64,000 nt of DNA from Macrostomum lignano (lineage: Eukaryota): the NCBI GenBank assembly GCA_002269645.1, contig NIVC01000445.1, positions 1-64,000 on the forward strand. The letters run 5' to 3'. Positions 22,101-42,400 of the stretch are shown piece by piece; within the stretch, counting starts at the first letter, position 1; every line of letters starts with the position of its first letter. The notes under the pieces are model-generated. The model saw only the letters and a list, made by a program, of their open reading frames with translations. It did no database searches and was not told where the DNA came from. The translations under genes were made by a program, and so were the position numbers.

Positions 22101-25100
22101 ACAGCTGGGTAAACTGAAGCAACGCAGAGTTAAGTGTCTTGCTCAAGGACACAAATTGTTGCAGAGGGATCGGGAATCGAACCCCCGACCTTCAAGTCGT
22201 GAGTCCGACGCCCTAACCACTAGGCTACAACCCTCAGATCTCAGCTAAAGGCAGTTTGTGAACCGTCAGATCTCAGCTAAAGGCAGTTTGTGAACCCTCA
22301 GATCTCAGCTAAAGGCAGTTTGTGAACCCCCATACCCCAGCTAAAGGCAGTTTGTGAAGCCTCAGATTTCAGCTAAAGGCAGTTTGTGAACCCTCAGATC
22401 TCAGCTAAAGGCAGTTTGTCAACCCCCATACCCCAGCTAAAGGCAGTTTGTGAACCCTCAGATCTCAGCTAAAGGCAGTTTGTGAAGCCTCAGATCTCAG
22501 CTAAAGGCAGTTTGTGAACCCTCAGATCTCAGCTAAAGGCAGTTTGTGAACCCTCAGATCTTAGCTAAAGGCAGTTTGTGAACCCTCAGATCTCAGCTAA
22601 AGGCAGTTTGTGAACCCCCAGACCCCAGCTAAAGGCAGTTTGTGTTCCAATCGGTGCAGTCTGTGGGGTTCAGCGCGGCCACCCCAGTCAGTTCGGCAGA
22701 GTTCAAGCTAATTGATTCGCTCAGCCGGGCAGTTCAGACTCCCAGCGCATGCATTGAATGCAGACATTAAAGAAATGGATTTGGCCCCAGAATCGAAGAT
22801 GAAAGATGAATTTCGGGTTGGTGCGTCCCCTCGCTGGCTTCAGCGTTCCTACGGCTCCTCCAGTTTTGTCTAGCTGCGTTTCTACCCTCGGGAGTTTTTC
22901 GATGGAGATCGCGCGGGGGCGCGCACTTGACGTGCAGAGAGGAGGATTTTTCTGTTTGGTGGGAGGCGCTGGCTGGGGCATTGCAAATGGGCCCAAATTA
23001 TTTTATCTGGCCACGATGACCGCAGCACCGGGGGGGGGATTTTCTTCCCACGTTTGTAGCTGCAGCGTGCGTCAGTCAGTCCGGTGATTCCCAGTACCTG
23101 TGCGTCACCCGCGCATCTCTTTATCAAATCGCTTGATCTATTGAAGTCGCATGCTTCAGATTAGCGCATGCACCTGTCTGCTGTGTTCGGCTTCAATGCG
23201 GTTTAGTGGGCCACTGCTGTCAGAGAGTAGCTGTATAGTAAATGAATGGCTGAAAATTACATTTTCCTTCTGTGCATTTGCTGCTGCAGAGACAGGTGAG
23301 GGGGCTAAAGGAAAGGGGAGAGGAGAGTAGAGAGGGAGAGGGAGGGGATAGAGGAGAGGGAGAAGAGAGGCAGGGGAGACGGAGGGGAGAGGGACTGAGG
23401 AGAGGGAGAGAAGGAGAGGGAGACAGTAGAGAGGGAAGAGAAGGGAGATAGGGGAGAGAAGGGAGATAGGGGAGAGAAGGGATATAGGGGAGAGAAGGGA
23501 GATAGGGGAGAGAAGGGATATAGGGGAGAGAAGGGAGATAGGGGAGAGAAGGGATATAGGGGAGAGAAGGGAGATAGGGGAGAGAAGTGAGATAGGGGAG
23601 AGAAGGGAGATAGGGGACAGAAGGGAGATAGGGGAGAGAAGGGAGATAGGGGAGAGAAGGGAGATAGGGGAGAGAAGGGAGATAGGGGAGAGAAGTGAGA
23701 TAGGGGACAGAAGGGAGATAGGGGAGAAAAGGGAGATAGGGGAGAGAAGGGAGATAGGGGACAGAAGGGAGATAGTGGAGAGAAGAGAGATAGTGGAGAG
23801 AAGGGAGATAGGGGAGAGAAGGGAGATAGGGGATAGAAGGGAGATAGGGGAGAGAAGGGAGATAGGGGAGAGAAGGGAGATAGGGGAGAGAAGGGAGATA
23901 GGGGAGAGAAGGGAGATAGGGGACACAAGGGAGATAGGGGAGAGAAGGGAGATAGGGGAGAGAAGGGAGATAGGGGAGAGAAGGGAGATAGGGGAGAGAA
24001 GGGAGATAGGGGAGAGAAGGGAGATAGGGGAGAGAAGGGAGATAGGGGAGAGAAGGGAGATAGGGGACACAAGGGAGATAGGGGAGAGAAGGGAGATAGG
24101 GGAGAGAAGGGAGATAGGGGAGAGAAGGGAGATAGGGGAGAGAAGGGAGATAGGGGACAGAAGGGAGATAGTGGAGAGAAGAGAGATAGTGGAGAGAAGG
24201 GAGATAGGGGAGAGAAGGGAGATAGGGGAGAGAAGGGAGATAGGGGACAGAAGGGAGATAGGGGAGAGAAGGGAGATAGGGGAGAGAAGGGAGATAGGGG
24301 AGAGAAGGGAGATAGGGGAGAGAAGGGAGATAGGGGAGAGAAGGGAGATAGGGGAGAGAAGGGAGATAGGGGACAGAAGGGAGATAGTGGAGAGAAGAGA
24401 GATAGTGGAGAGAAGGGAGATAGGGGAGAGAAGGGAGATAGGGGATAGAAGGGAGATAGGGGAGAGAAGTGAGATAGGGGAGAGAAGGGAGATAGGGGAG
24501 AGAAGGGAGATAGGGGAGAGAAGGGAGATAGGGGAGAGAAGGGAGATAGGGGAGAGAAGGGAGATAGGGGAGAGAAGGGAGATAGGGGAGAGAAGGGAGA
24601 TAGGGGAGAGAAGGGAGATAGGGGACAGAAGGGAGATAGGGGACAGAAGGGAGATAGGGGAGAGAAGGGAGATAGGGGAGAGAAGGGAGATAGGGGAGAG
24701 AAGGGAGATAGGGGAGAGAAGGGAGATAGGGGAGAGAAGGGAGATAGGGGAGAGAAGGGAGATAGGGGACAGAAGGGAGATAGGGGACAGAAGGGAGATA
24801 GGGGAGAGAAGGGAGATAGGGGTCAGAAGGGAGATAGGGGACAGAAGGGAGATAGGGGAGAGAAGGGAGATAGGGGAGAAGGGAGATAGGGGAGAGAAGG
24901 GAGATAGGGGAGAGAAATTACAATTACAGTTACCCGTTACAATTGTACCGGGTTCTAAACTAATTCGCAAACCACAGTCCCGCATAGATAGTGTATCAGT
25001 CTGAGAGCTGTCCTTTAACCGCGCATTGCAGCTGCCGCCAGTGGCAGACGCTCGGAGAAGCCGCCGTACTCCTACATCGCGCTGATCGTGATGGCAATCC

Positions 25101-27043
25101 AAGCATCGCCCGTGAAGCGGTGCACCCTGGCGGAGATCTACCAGTACCTGCAGGACAATTTCCCATTTTTCCGTGGCCAGTACCAGGGCTGGAAGAACTC
25201 GGTGCGGCATAATTTATCGCTGAACGAATGCTTCATCAAACTGCCGAAAGGTTTGCCGGGCACAGTTTTCGCTCGATAATTAATAGTAAATTGCAGGGAC
25301 TTAGTGAAGTTTATTTTGCCAAGGCGCCTTAGGGTTTGCGGTACCCCCGCTGACCCCGAATCCACTACCTTCCCCCTCAGGTGCTGCTAGGGGGCGTCCC
25401 AAGCCATTTTTCGGTGGGAGAATTTTCCCACAATAATAGAATTGTTGGCGCGACCAAGGCGCAGCGGGAAGGCGCCCTTGACTTCCTGGCGCTTTAATCA
25501 GGGCTCTGCCTCAGTGGTCTGTTGCGCATTTGTCAATCAGTCTCTTCCCGATCTCTATGCAGAATTTGGACGCCATTTAGTAATTATAATCTTATTATCA
25601 GTCAATTTTGTTTTTATACCAGATTAGTCAACTGTAAAGTAGAATTCGTTTGATAAAAAGTGTCCCATGCTAAATAAATATTGAATTTTCCAACTTAACT
25701 TAACCTAGAAGCACGCATTTCAATCCTTAGCGGGGGAATCAAGCCATTGAAGACTTGCTTTTTATTGTCTATGGGCTATGGCCCAACCTAAATCCCTAGG
25801 TCTTAGATCCTATATAGAGCAAAGTATAATACAGTATTTAAAACTCCCAACACTTCATATCTCCGACACTTCATATCTCCGACACTCCATATTTCCGACA
25901 CTTCATATCTCCGACACTTCATGTCTCCGACACTTCATGTCTCCGACACTTCATATCTCCGACACTTCATATCTCCGACACTCCATATCTCCGACACTTC
26001 ATATCTCCGACACTTCATATCTCCGGCACTTCAAGTCTTCGATGCTTCATGTCTCCGACACTTCATATCTCCGACACTTCATATCTCTGATACTTCATGC
26101 CTCCGACACTTTAAGTCTCCGATACCTCATATCATACCTAGTTGTCCTGTTCATGCAGGCAGATTGTCTAAGGTTGGTACAGAGGCGAGTCTGCTGCATT
26201 GCTGACATGTGGTTGAACACCACCTTAACTGTACACCGGTACACACACACTGCAACTCATGCAGGCATCGGCCGGCCAGGCAAGGGCCACTACTGGACGC
26301 TCGACCAGCAAGCCGAGTTCATGTTCGAGGAGGGCAGCTACCGCCGGAGACCGCGCGGCTTTCGCCGGAAATCAGGCGGCGGCGGCGGCGGCGGCGGCAG
26401 CCACCAGCAGCACGCGGCAGCTGCCAAGTCAGCGGTTGCAGCTGCTGCAGCCACTGCCGCCGCAGCCGCCGCAGCTGCAGCGGTGCCAAGCCCGGAAGCG
26501 CAGGCAGCAGCAGGCTGCTCCGGACTGGCTTCAACATCAGCTTCAGCGCCAACTTCTACACCGGGCATGATTAATGCTAATGAGCATCCAGCAGATAGCT
26601 TTCCACTGCATCACCAGCATCACTGGTACCATCAGCAGCATCAGCATCTGCAGCAGCAGCTTCAGTATGATAGCGGCGACGCGCTGATTGATCATCTAGG
26701 CGGCTGTCAGTCGTATCCAGCTGCCGCAGCTGCGGCTGCTGCGGCGGCCGCCGGTTATCCGGGCTATCACCAGCAGGTGCATCAGCAGCAGGTGTACCAG
26801 CACCAGCTGCAGCACCAGCAGCACGAGCAGCCGCAATTCTCCAGTTGGAGTTTCCCGTCGCTAGGCTACGGACCAGCAGCTGCCTATCAGCAGCATTCGA
26901 TTGCGGCGGCTTCGGCACCGGCCTGCGGGACCAGTGTCTGCTACGACGGCCCGCAGCAGCCGCCGCTGACTGGAAGCTCAGCTGTCACCATCGATGAGGC
27001 CTACAGCGGCCGACGACTACCGCCCTATCCGGCGATCACGTGA
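19148..27043 (+). CDS. FoxF: Forkhead box transcription factor, FoxF subfamily, 452 aa, 4 exons
   Basis: join(19148..19283,19384..19608,25032..25250,26265..27043), all phase-1 junctions (1359 nt). Forkhead [52 protein letters not shown]|[36 protein letters not shown] is diagnostic of FoxF. The two 5' exons are supported by splice signals and phase only. Confidence 0.9.
19630..20045. repeat. Purine-rich minisatellite at the 5' end of FoxF intron 2
   Basis: CAGAGTAGAGAGGGGG(AGGG) variants. Confidence 0.95.
20554..22645. repeat. 32-bp minisatellite in FoxF intron 2, interrupted by a SINE
   Basis: GCAGTTTGTGAACCCTCAGATCCCAGCTAAAT/AG units at 20554-21930 and 22230-22645. Confidence 0.98.
21931..22229 (-). 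mobile_element. tRNA-derived CORE-like SINE (family B) with (ATT)n tail
   Basis: Revcomp: TAGCCTAGTGG (A-box), GGTTCGATTCC (B-box), then GTGTCCTTGAGCAAGACACTTAACTCTGCGTTGCTTCAGTTTACCCAGCTGTAAAATGGG, which resembles the MIR/CORE domain, then an ATT tail. Confidence 0.88.
23300..24915. repeat. 18-bp polypurine minisatellite upstream of the forkhead exon
   Basis: GGGAGATAGGGGAGAGAA, ~80-85 copies. Confidence 0.98.
25720..25800 (+). repeat. Single dispersed copy of the 61-bp unit that is arrayed at 54505-55095
   Basis: AATCCTTAGCGGGGGAATCAAGCCATTGAAGACTTGCTTTTTATTGTCTATGG..GGCCCAACCTAAATCC. Confidence 0.85.
25848..26125. repeat. 16-bp minisatellite in FoxF intron 3
   Basis: CACTTCATATCTCCGA units. 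Confidence 0.96.
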
Positions 27044-27249
27044 CCCTAAAATTTAGACAACCGCGGCATGGCATAGGCCTGCTTACTCGCATGTACTTTT
27101 GCTACCTGCATGTGTATTGTTCACAAGCGTGCAAAACTCCATCTAAGCAAAATCTCGCAGTAAGTTTTAAGCTACGGGCCTTCGCAGGATTCCGCTGGCT
27201 CCTGAGCACATACCAGCGCGCAAATACTGTACGCAGGCACGCACTCACA

Positions 27250-27322
27250 CACGCTCACACAGGGTGTACAGCGGCCCCGACTTTCTAATCGTCCGACATG
27301 TACACTCTGTGCCTTGGGGGGG
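27250..27322 (-). mobile_element. 5'-truncated SINE family A (3' tail only) downstream of the FoxF stop
   Basis: Revcomp CAAGGCACAG..GGGGCCGCTGTACACCCTGTGTG matches 6537-6606. Confidence 0.7.
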
Positions 27323-28819
27323 GGGGTTGGCTCTCATGGCTGTGAATTGCACGACAACACCCGGCCAGTAGTTTGGCTGCACAAGCCCCAGATGAATGTC
27401 GCCTTCACTTCACTTAACTGGGGGTCCGTAGCAGCTTGATTGGTCAAATATGAAAGCAAAATCTGTGCGGTTAACTCTTCAAAACACTTTTTGCGCGCTT
27501 GTGTTTCGAATTACTAGCTTGCCGCCTGCTTGTCAACTGCGCGCTGCTGGCTGACCAGAGCTCGCGCCAGTGTTTGGCATTTCTCATTCTCGATTGCTTA
27601 TGTCAACGAAACGCGCGTGGTAATGCGCGCTTATTCAGCTCAGCTCTCGCTACTACTAAAAGTAGCAGTTTGCAATTATATGTGTACTCGCAATTTTTTG
27701 CTGTTGTATTTTAATCTCCAATGCAAATATTCGTCCCGCAGAATAGCAATGCAAAAAAGCGGTTTTGTGGCTGGGTGCTTTTCTGAAAAGCAGTATTTGT
27801 AATTTCAAATCATTGACACACAGGAATTTTCGGAAACATATTAATACAAGCAGCTAACCAATGATCCATCCACCTAGCCATCAATCTTGAATAGTTTCTA
27901 GTCAAAGTTTACAGCACATGTACAAACTACTTGCAACTCAGATTCAGCCTACTCATTAGTAGTTTGCAACGAATATGCTCCCCCATACTGATTTGACCGT
28001 CTTGAAGTTTTGAAAAAAGAAGAAAATATACAAAACAGTCTGCTTCTTTTCTGGGTTAAAACATTCGACAGTTATACGAGAGTAACGAGAGGAGAAAAAA
28101 AGAGAGTGGCAGAGGGAGAGCTTGCAACTTGCTGATTTGAGTTCTTTTTATATTTCAAATTTCTGCAACCTGAAAACAATTGCATATTTTCTTATAAAGA
28201 GAGCGACAGTGAAAAACAGACCAAACAGTTAAACTAAACAGAAAATGGTGACAGCGAGACGTGGCTGACAAATTAAGATTATTAGGTAAACTTTGTCTGG
28301 ACTTACTAATTTTAGTACTAAGGAAAACCAATATTTAGTAGAGTAGGGATAGGATTTCAATTTTCAACATAAAAAAGATGAGCGGTTTATTTAAATTGCA
28401 CACGGATCTACTTAACCTGGCTTTTGAGTTAGCTGAATATATGCAAATATATAGTTCAAATTTGAAAACAGAAGCAACCTCACCAGTTCGATTGAGTTTC
28501 TGCACGCGGATGACAATAATTATTTATATAAAAGTACGCAGTGACAAACGAGGGGATTCAGAGACAGAAAAAACGGTTAGCTACTCATAGTAGTTTTCTA
28601 GTTGTCAGTTCAAATTTCGAATTCTGTAAGCAAATTGCACTAACCTATTTGTGCACGCGTGCTGTATAAATACGACCCAATTGGTTTAATTTAGATTTTT
28701 CTTCCGGAACATTCTAGCTTAACTGACATAGTGCTTTGCTGTTGATCCGCTTCAGTGTTAAAGACAGAGAGTTCAGTCAGAGTTTTTCATTCAGGTTTAA
28801 GACAAACAAACCAACCAGC

Positions 28820-36571
<7,752 letters not shown>

Positions 36572-38281
36572 TGAGATCAAAATGCTTCAGAAATCGAAAT
36601 CGGATTGCTACGTAACGCCAAGCTGTGGAAAACTACAATATCGGTATAGATATTCACTGTACGTTTGTACAACTCGCAAAGAATAAATTAATGGTGACGA
36701 TTTCTTACTCACTAATACACAGCAGTTTTTGAAAAACTTAATAAAGTAATAAAAAATCCTGTAATATTAAAAAATTAGAAAAATTCTGTTTTTGCGAATA
36801 CATTTGTGTCTTTTTGCTTGTAATTAGCAAATATTTAAAATATGGTTTGTTAATCTAACCTTAACGTGTTTAGCGTATGCTTAGCAAACAGTAATTTGCT
36901 TCTGTGTGCTTGAGCCTTAAATTGATTAAATCCTAAATATTCCTTGTTAATGGTTATTAAGTAAATCAATGGTAAAATTTTACTCGTAATGTACACCAAA
37001 ATGCACGTTGTGTAAGCTATTTTGTGTAGGAGTATTTATTAGATTGTATTTTGCATTTATCGAATGTAATAACTTGCATTTCGTACCTGTAAGTTTACGT
37101 TTGATCGTCCTGAATGAAATGACCGAAATCCACAGAATTCTGTGCCGAAATCATTGAATAAAAAGGTATCCCAATTCAATATATTTATTTTTACGCAAGA
37201 AGATCAAGCTCCTTGATTTTAACACTTAAAAGCAACTATAGTGGTTCTATTTACTTGACTGATGTTGAAAGTTATAAATTTTATGTAATAAGTATGCATT
37301 TGCAGCATTTTAGCATGATGAATGACCTAACTACCAGCACGAAAAATGCTAAATCAAAAGTCCAACTCGTACTTTTCCGGGTTTCTTAAACTTAAACATT
37401 TTTTCGCTTTTGTGGCTTTAATCGGTTTTAAGTCATAGACTTTAGTGTCGGTTTAATAAAATATTTTTAATTTCATATGACTAAATATCTTTTCTCCAAT
37501 AGTTTTCGCTTTTATTGTGTGTGATTATCAGCTGATCGACAGTCAACTTATTTGATTTTGGGAAATACAATAAAATATAATACTACGGAAGGTGGCGCTG
37601 GTTCCTAACTCTATTAACTCTTGTTTCCTTGCCGGAGTGTAAAGCCAAGTCAAGTCAGTTGATAATATTTTTCTTGGTGTTAAGATTAAGCTTCTGTGGG
37701 ATTGGTGCTCATAAAGTGTTATTTGTAAAATGGAATAACACTTTACTTGCTTCAACTTGAGCTTGAACTTGAAATAGGCCTATTTAAGTTTAACAATGTT
37801 ATCCAATATTCAATATACAGAGCTCTAGGCCTCCCCTATCCTATGCTAGATTCCTAAAATAAAATATTTCTCTCAGATGGTGTCTGTGATTTATCACTAC
37901 ATTTCTTTCTGTGAGAATTCTGGCTGTTTCACTGCCAAACAGTTTAAACCCCAAACTTAGGCCCCCTAATGTTTATGTGGATCTATGAATACAGCACTGC
38001 ACTTCATAAAAGTTGCAAGAATAAAAATCTAGCAACTTTCTGCAAGTCTAACAAAGAATGCATAGGCCCTAGGAATTCGAAAACTGGTCTAAGGCCAAAT
38101 TGGCTTGGGGGCAAAATTTTCTGTAGGCAAAACACTAAAACAGTCTAGTCACCAAAACATGGCCTATGGGCAAAATTACTAGCTACCTTTTATGCCTGCT
38201 ATTGCATGGTTTCAGAAAAAATGGCTCTTCTCAACAAATTTTAATGAAACCTAATTGTCTCATCTCTTATGTATATATGTA

Positions 38282-38728
38282 GGCAGTTGTTATTTGTCCG
38301 GTGACCGGACGAATAGCCTTTTTGCTATTTGTCCAGTTAAATTGCTAACACAAATATCTTATTTGTTTCGTGATGAATATTCTAGACTTTTAAGACCTTT
38401 TCTCATATACTGATTAATATTTTCTTGTATTATTTGAGTGTAAGCAAAGCAGTATATTCAATTCGGCATAATTTGGTATATAAGACACACACTAGTATAA
38501 CAATATAATAATCAAGACACGAGTAAGAAGTCTTTGAAGTCTAGGAATATTTACCCTTGTGGTTTTTCTAAAATAGATATTTTAGCATTATCAATTTAAC
38601 CGGACAAATAACAAAATGTCTATTTGTCCGATATTAACCATATGAATAGGAAAGCATGGTCAGGATCCAGTAACCGGACAAATAACCACATTGCTATTCG
38701 TCTGGTCACCGGACAAATAACAACTGCC
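38282..38728. mobile_element. Mutator(MULE)-like MITE, 447 bp, 9-bp TSD
   Basis: ~37-bp TIR GGCAGTTGTTATTTGTCCGGTGACC(G/A)GACGAATAGC; exact flanking direct repeat ATATATGTA at 38273-38281 and 38729-38737; internal GGACAAATA subrepeats. Confidence 0.92.
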
Positions 38729-39463
38729 ATATATGTATATATTAAATATCATTGGTTTATATAGATATAAATCTTTTTATTTTACATGCTAATTTTAAAA
38801 AATATATAGCAATAGCATATATTTTATATTATAGAATTATATTTATTTCTATATATAAATGTCATAGGATTACTGTCATTTAATATCATTTAATATTCAT
38901 GAAGACAAATAATATATAAACAAAAATAGCTTGTTTTTATCCTTATATATAGCCAACTATAAAATTTTACCCAAGTAGGCCTAATTCAACTTAGTTCTCC
39001 CTAAGAATTGTGATTTAATTGCCTTTGGTTATAATATAGTCTCTGCTTTTTCTTTTTTCTTTTTCTTTTTCTTCTGTTTTTACTTCCTTGCCTCTCTTTT
39101 TCCTTTCTGTTTTGCATTTTTATTTCTTTTTCTCTTTTTTTCATTTATTTTTAGGTAAGCCTAGGCATTTTTGTGATTTACTTTGGGTAGACCTTTTGTT
39201 ACTTAGCCTAGCCTTGTAAGGCTTTATTTGTAATTTTTTAAATAGAAGTTGAATATTCTTAAATTGTTTCATGACAAGATATACTTTATAAAAGCAAATA
39301 TTAAAGACATGACATATTTATTATGCCTACTGATACTTTTAATATTGCTCCATAAATGTGCTTTACTATATGTATTATGACTTAGTAGGCTATCTGTGTT
39401 TTTTGTAACTTTTTTAACTATCTTTAATTATTGTTGCATGTTTCAGCACTGATTTCACATACA

Positions 39464-42400
39464 ATGAATCAAGAAGCAATTTATATATTCTTGATGGACA
39501 ATGGTTCCATTCATACAGTAGATGCAAGCTTCTTAAAAAGAAGGTGAGTGACTTTTGTTTGTATCTAAAATAACATTTAGGTGTTTTTTCTTACTGTAAT
39601 GAATTATAGGTCCATTGTGACCTACATTTTACTATATTCTTATCCATTGCTATGTATATTTTTTATATAATGGTAGCTTATTCATATTCATATCAAATCT
39701 GTATACCTACTTAATTTACCATAATTTTCCCCAGATAACTTTTAACAATGTTAAATCCAATGCCCCCTGAAATTATTGAAAGGCCAACTATCAATAGATA
39801 TAACTAGATCTGGGAATTGTGTTTCCATAACTGTGTAGCTGTATCCATAGACCATAGCTATAGCAGGGCTCTATTATAAAGAAACATAATATTATGATTT
39901 CAAATTTTAGCATCACAGTACTGCAGGAGGAGCTTCAATCTGCATTGAATGTTCCAATAGCTAATCAGGTGCTTTTAGCCTCTGGCGGCGTCTATATGCA
40001 GGGTAGCAACCTGGTTGAGCAGTACCATGTTGGTCTGGTGAGTACACTCGGTAATTGACTGGTATTCCTACAGGATCTAATGAGACCTGTTGCTCATCCT
40101 AGTTATAGATCCTAGAATTTGATTGATTGACGGTTTAATTCTGTGTTAAATAGAGCAGCAGAAGTCATTTCTTAGAAAGTTTCTTTTCGAATTTGTGACA
40201 ATTTTGGTAATGTGAAGTGATCTAAGGGCTTGAGCTTTAATGCGCGATGCAAATATCGAACTCGGCTAGCGCTTCCTATCCATGGTTTCGCTGCCTGTGC
40301 TCACCCTAGCAACCACTCTTCCCGCAGGACCCGGGCAATCCGATCTTCCTATTTAACGTGGACAGCATTCGCAGTGACAGAGCGCCCGTGGCCAGCACGC
40401 TCGCGGCCAAGCACTCCGACATCTGCGATCGAGTCCGCGTCTCTGTGGCACAGCAGGCAGCTACCGCTGAATGCCTAAGGCAGCGCGTGGCACTCGCTGA
40501 GGTGAGCGCTGGGAATTTTGCCAGTTGATTGGTTGAATTGATAAGCTAGGAGGTTGCAGTTTAGGGATTTGCGCATGTTAGTGCAAGTTTGAGGATTTGG
40601 GAATATTTGTGTAAGTTTTGAGGATTTGGGAATATTTGTGTGTAAGTTATGAGGATTTGGAAATATTTGTGTGTAAGTTCTGAGGATTTGGAAATATTTG
40701 TGAGTAAGTTTTGAGGATTTGGGAAGATTTTTAGTGAGTAAGTTTTGAGGATTTAGGAAGATTTTTAGTGAGTAAGTTTTGAGGATTTAGGAAGATTTTT
40801 AGTGAGTAAGTTTTGAGGATCTAGGAAGATTTTTAGTGAGTAAGTTTTGAGGATTTGGGAAGATTTGTGTGTGATAGTTTGAGAATTTAAGAAGATTAGT
40901 GCGTGCAAGTTTTGAGGATTTGGGAAGATTTGTGTAAGTTTCCAGGACTCGGGAAGATTAAAAGTTTCAACTTCCCAACCCTCCCGTCGCGGCGCACCCA
41001 GGAACTGGCATCCCTGGGCCAGCAGGAATGCAACCAGGCGCAGTGGCTGGTGCGCGATCAGCACCTGCTGCACCAGGGCTGGCTGGCCAGCCTGGCCAAT
41101 CTGGACGAACTGATGCAGCGCGGCCGGCCCGAGCACGACGAGTTTCTAACCAAAGCTAGAGAATTTCTCGACAAGAAAACTGAGATAAAAGCCACTCTGG
41201 ATAATTTTGAGTCATGCTTGAACTTGTTGGGCCGAGTGCCAGTGCATCCGGGACTGCTGTCCCAGCATCATCAGCCGCAGCAGCCGCGTCGCGGCAGCTC
41301 CAGCTTCCGTCCCAGGCGAGCTTCATCGCCAGCTGGCCGAGAAGTTGCAGAAGACGACAAAAAAGGCGACGGCAAAGCCACAGTCAAGGGGGAGGAGGAG
41401 GAGGACGCGACGGCTGCCGATGACGACGCGCTGTCGACACCGCCGACGCCAACGTCGAAAACTGATCCCGCCGGGGTTGACGACGAAGTTTTGGTAAGCA
41501 GCTGCTGGGCTGCTGAGTGGGTTTGTGGTCATGGACCTCTGGATGACATGATATGGACTGCACCGTATTCTGAGTTGTTTTATAGCCGCTTTCTTTACCC
41601 ATTGACTTCGATTCAGGTTGTCCAAGACGACGACTCAACCGCCGACGCCGCCTCCTCGCCCGCCGCAGCGCCAGCGCCGGCTCCGCCACGTCCAGCTGGC
41701 TCAACAGGCTGGTGTGGCTCCTCGTCAGAAGTCTGCCTGCTGGCTTGGATCTCCTCGCAGGACGGCGGCAGCGGCGAGGGCGCAGCCGAGGACAGCGGCA
41801 GCGGCCTGCACCGTCTCCGCGACGCCCTAGACCAGGGCTTTCGCAGCGTCCAGTCAGTCGCTGTCGATCAGCTAAACGAGGAGTTCAGAAAGTGCGTCGC
41901 CCGTTCCAGCGACATCTCCTATAGGGAGGTGCGCGGACTGGAGGACCGGCTGCTGGAGTTGAACCGGCTGGCCGATGACGCGTTACAGTTGGCCGCTGGG
42001 CAAGCGGAATCGGCCAGAGGATTCCGGGCTAATCAGGAGCGCTGGCTTAGCCTGCGCGGCGATCCCAGCCTGCTAGCGGATCTGTGCGCCTCGCATCGGA
42101 GCCAGCTGAAGGCCATGGCCAAGCAGCACGACGCTTTGCGGGACAAACGGCTGCGAATCCTGCGGTCCAAGGAGGAGTTTACGATTAACTTGCACCGCAG
42201 ACTGAAGTGAGTTGTAAACTTGTTAATCTGATTCTCTCTTTGATTTCTAGGGAAGTTCCGAAATTTGAATGTTTGATTTCCCGGAAAATTTTGAAATTTT
42301 GATTCCTTTTCCGCTAAATCTGTAGTTAAATCCTGTCTGATTTCCTGGAAAAGATGAAACTAATTCCTGTCTGATTTCCTGGAAAGGTTGAAACAAATTT

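Noticed and set aside
25778-26264. Start of the 421-aa ORF 25778-27043 as the FoxF N-terminus
   Set aside because: This part translates the intronic 16-bp array; forkhead homology resumes only after the acceptor at 26264.
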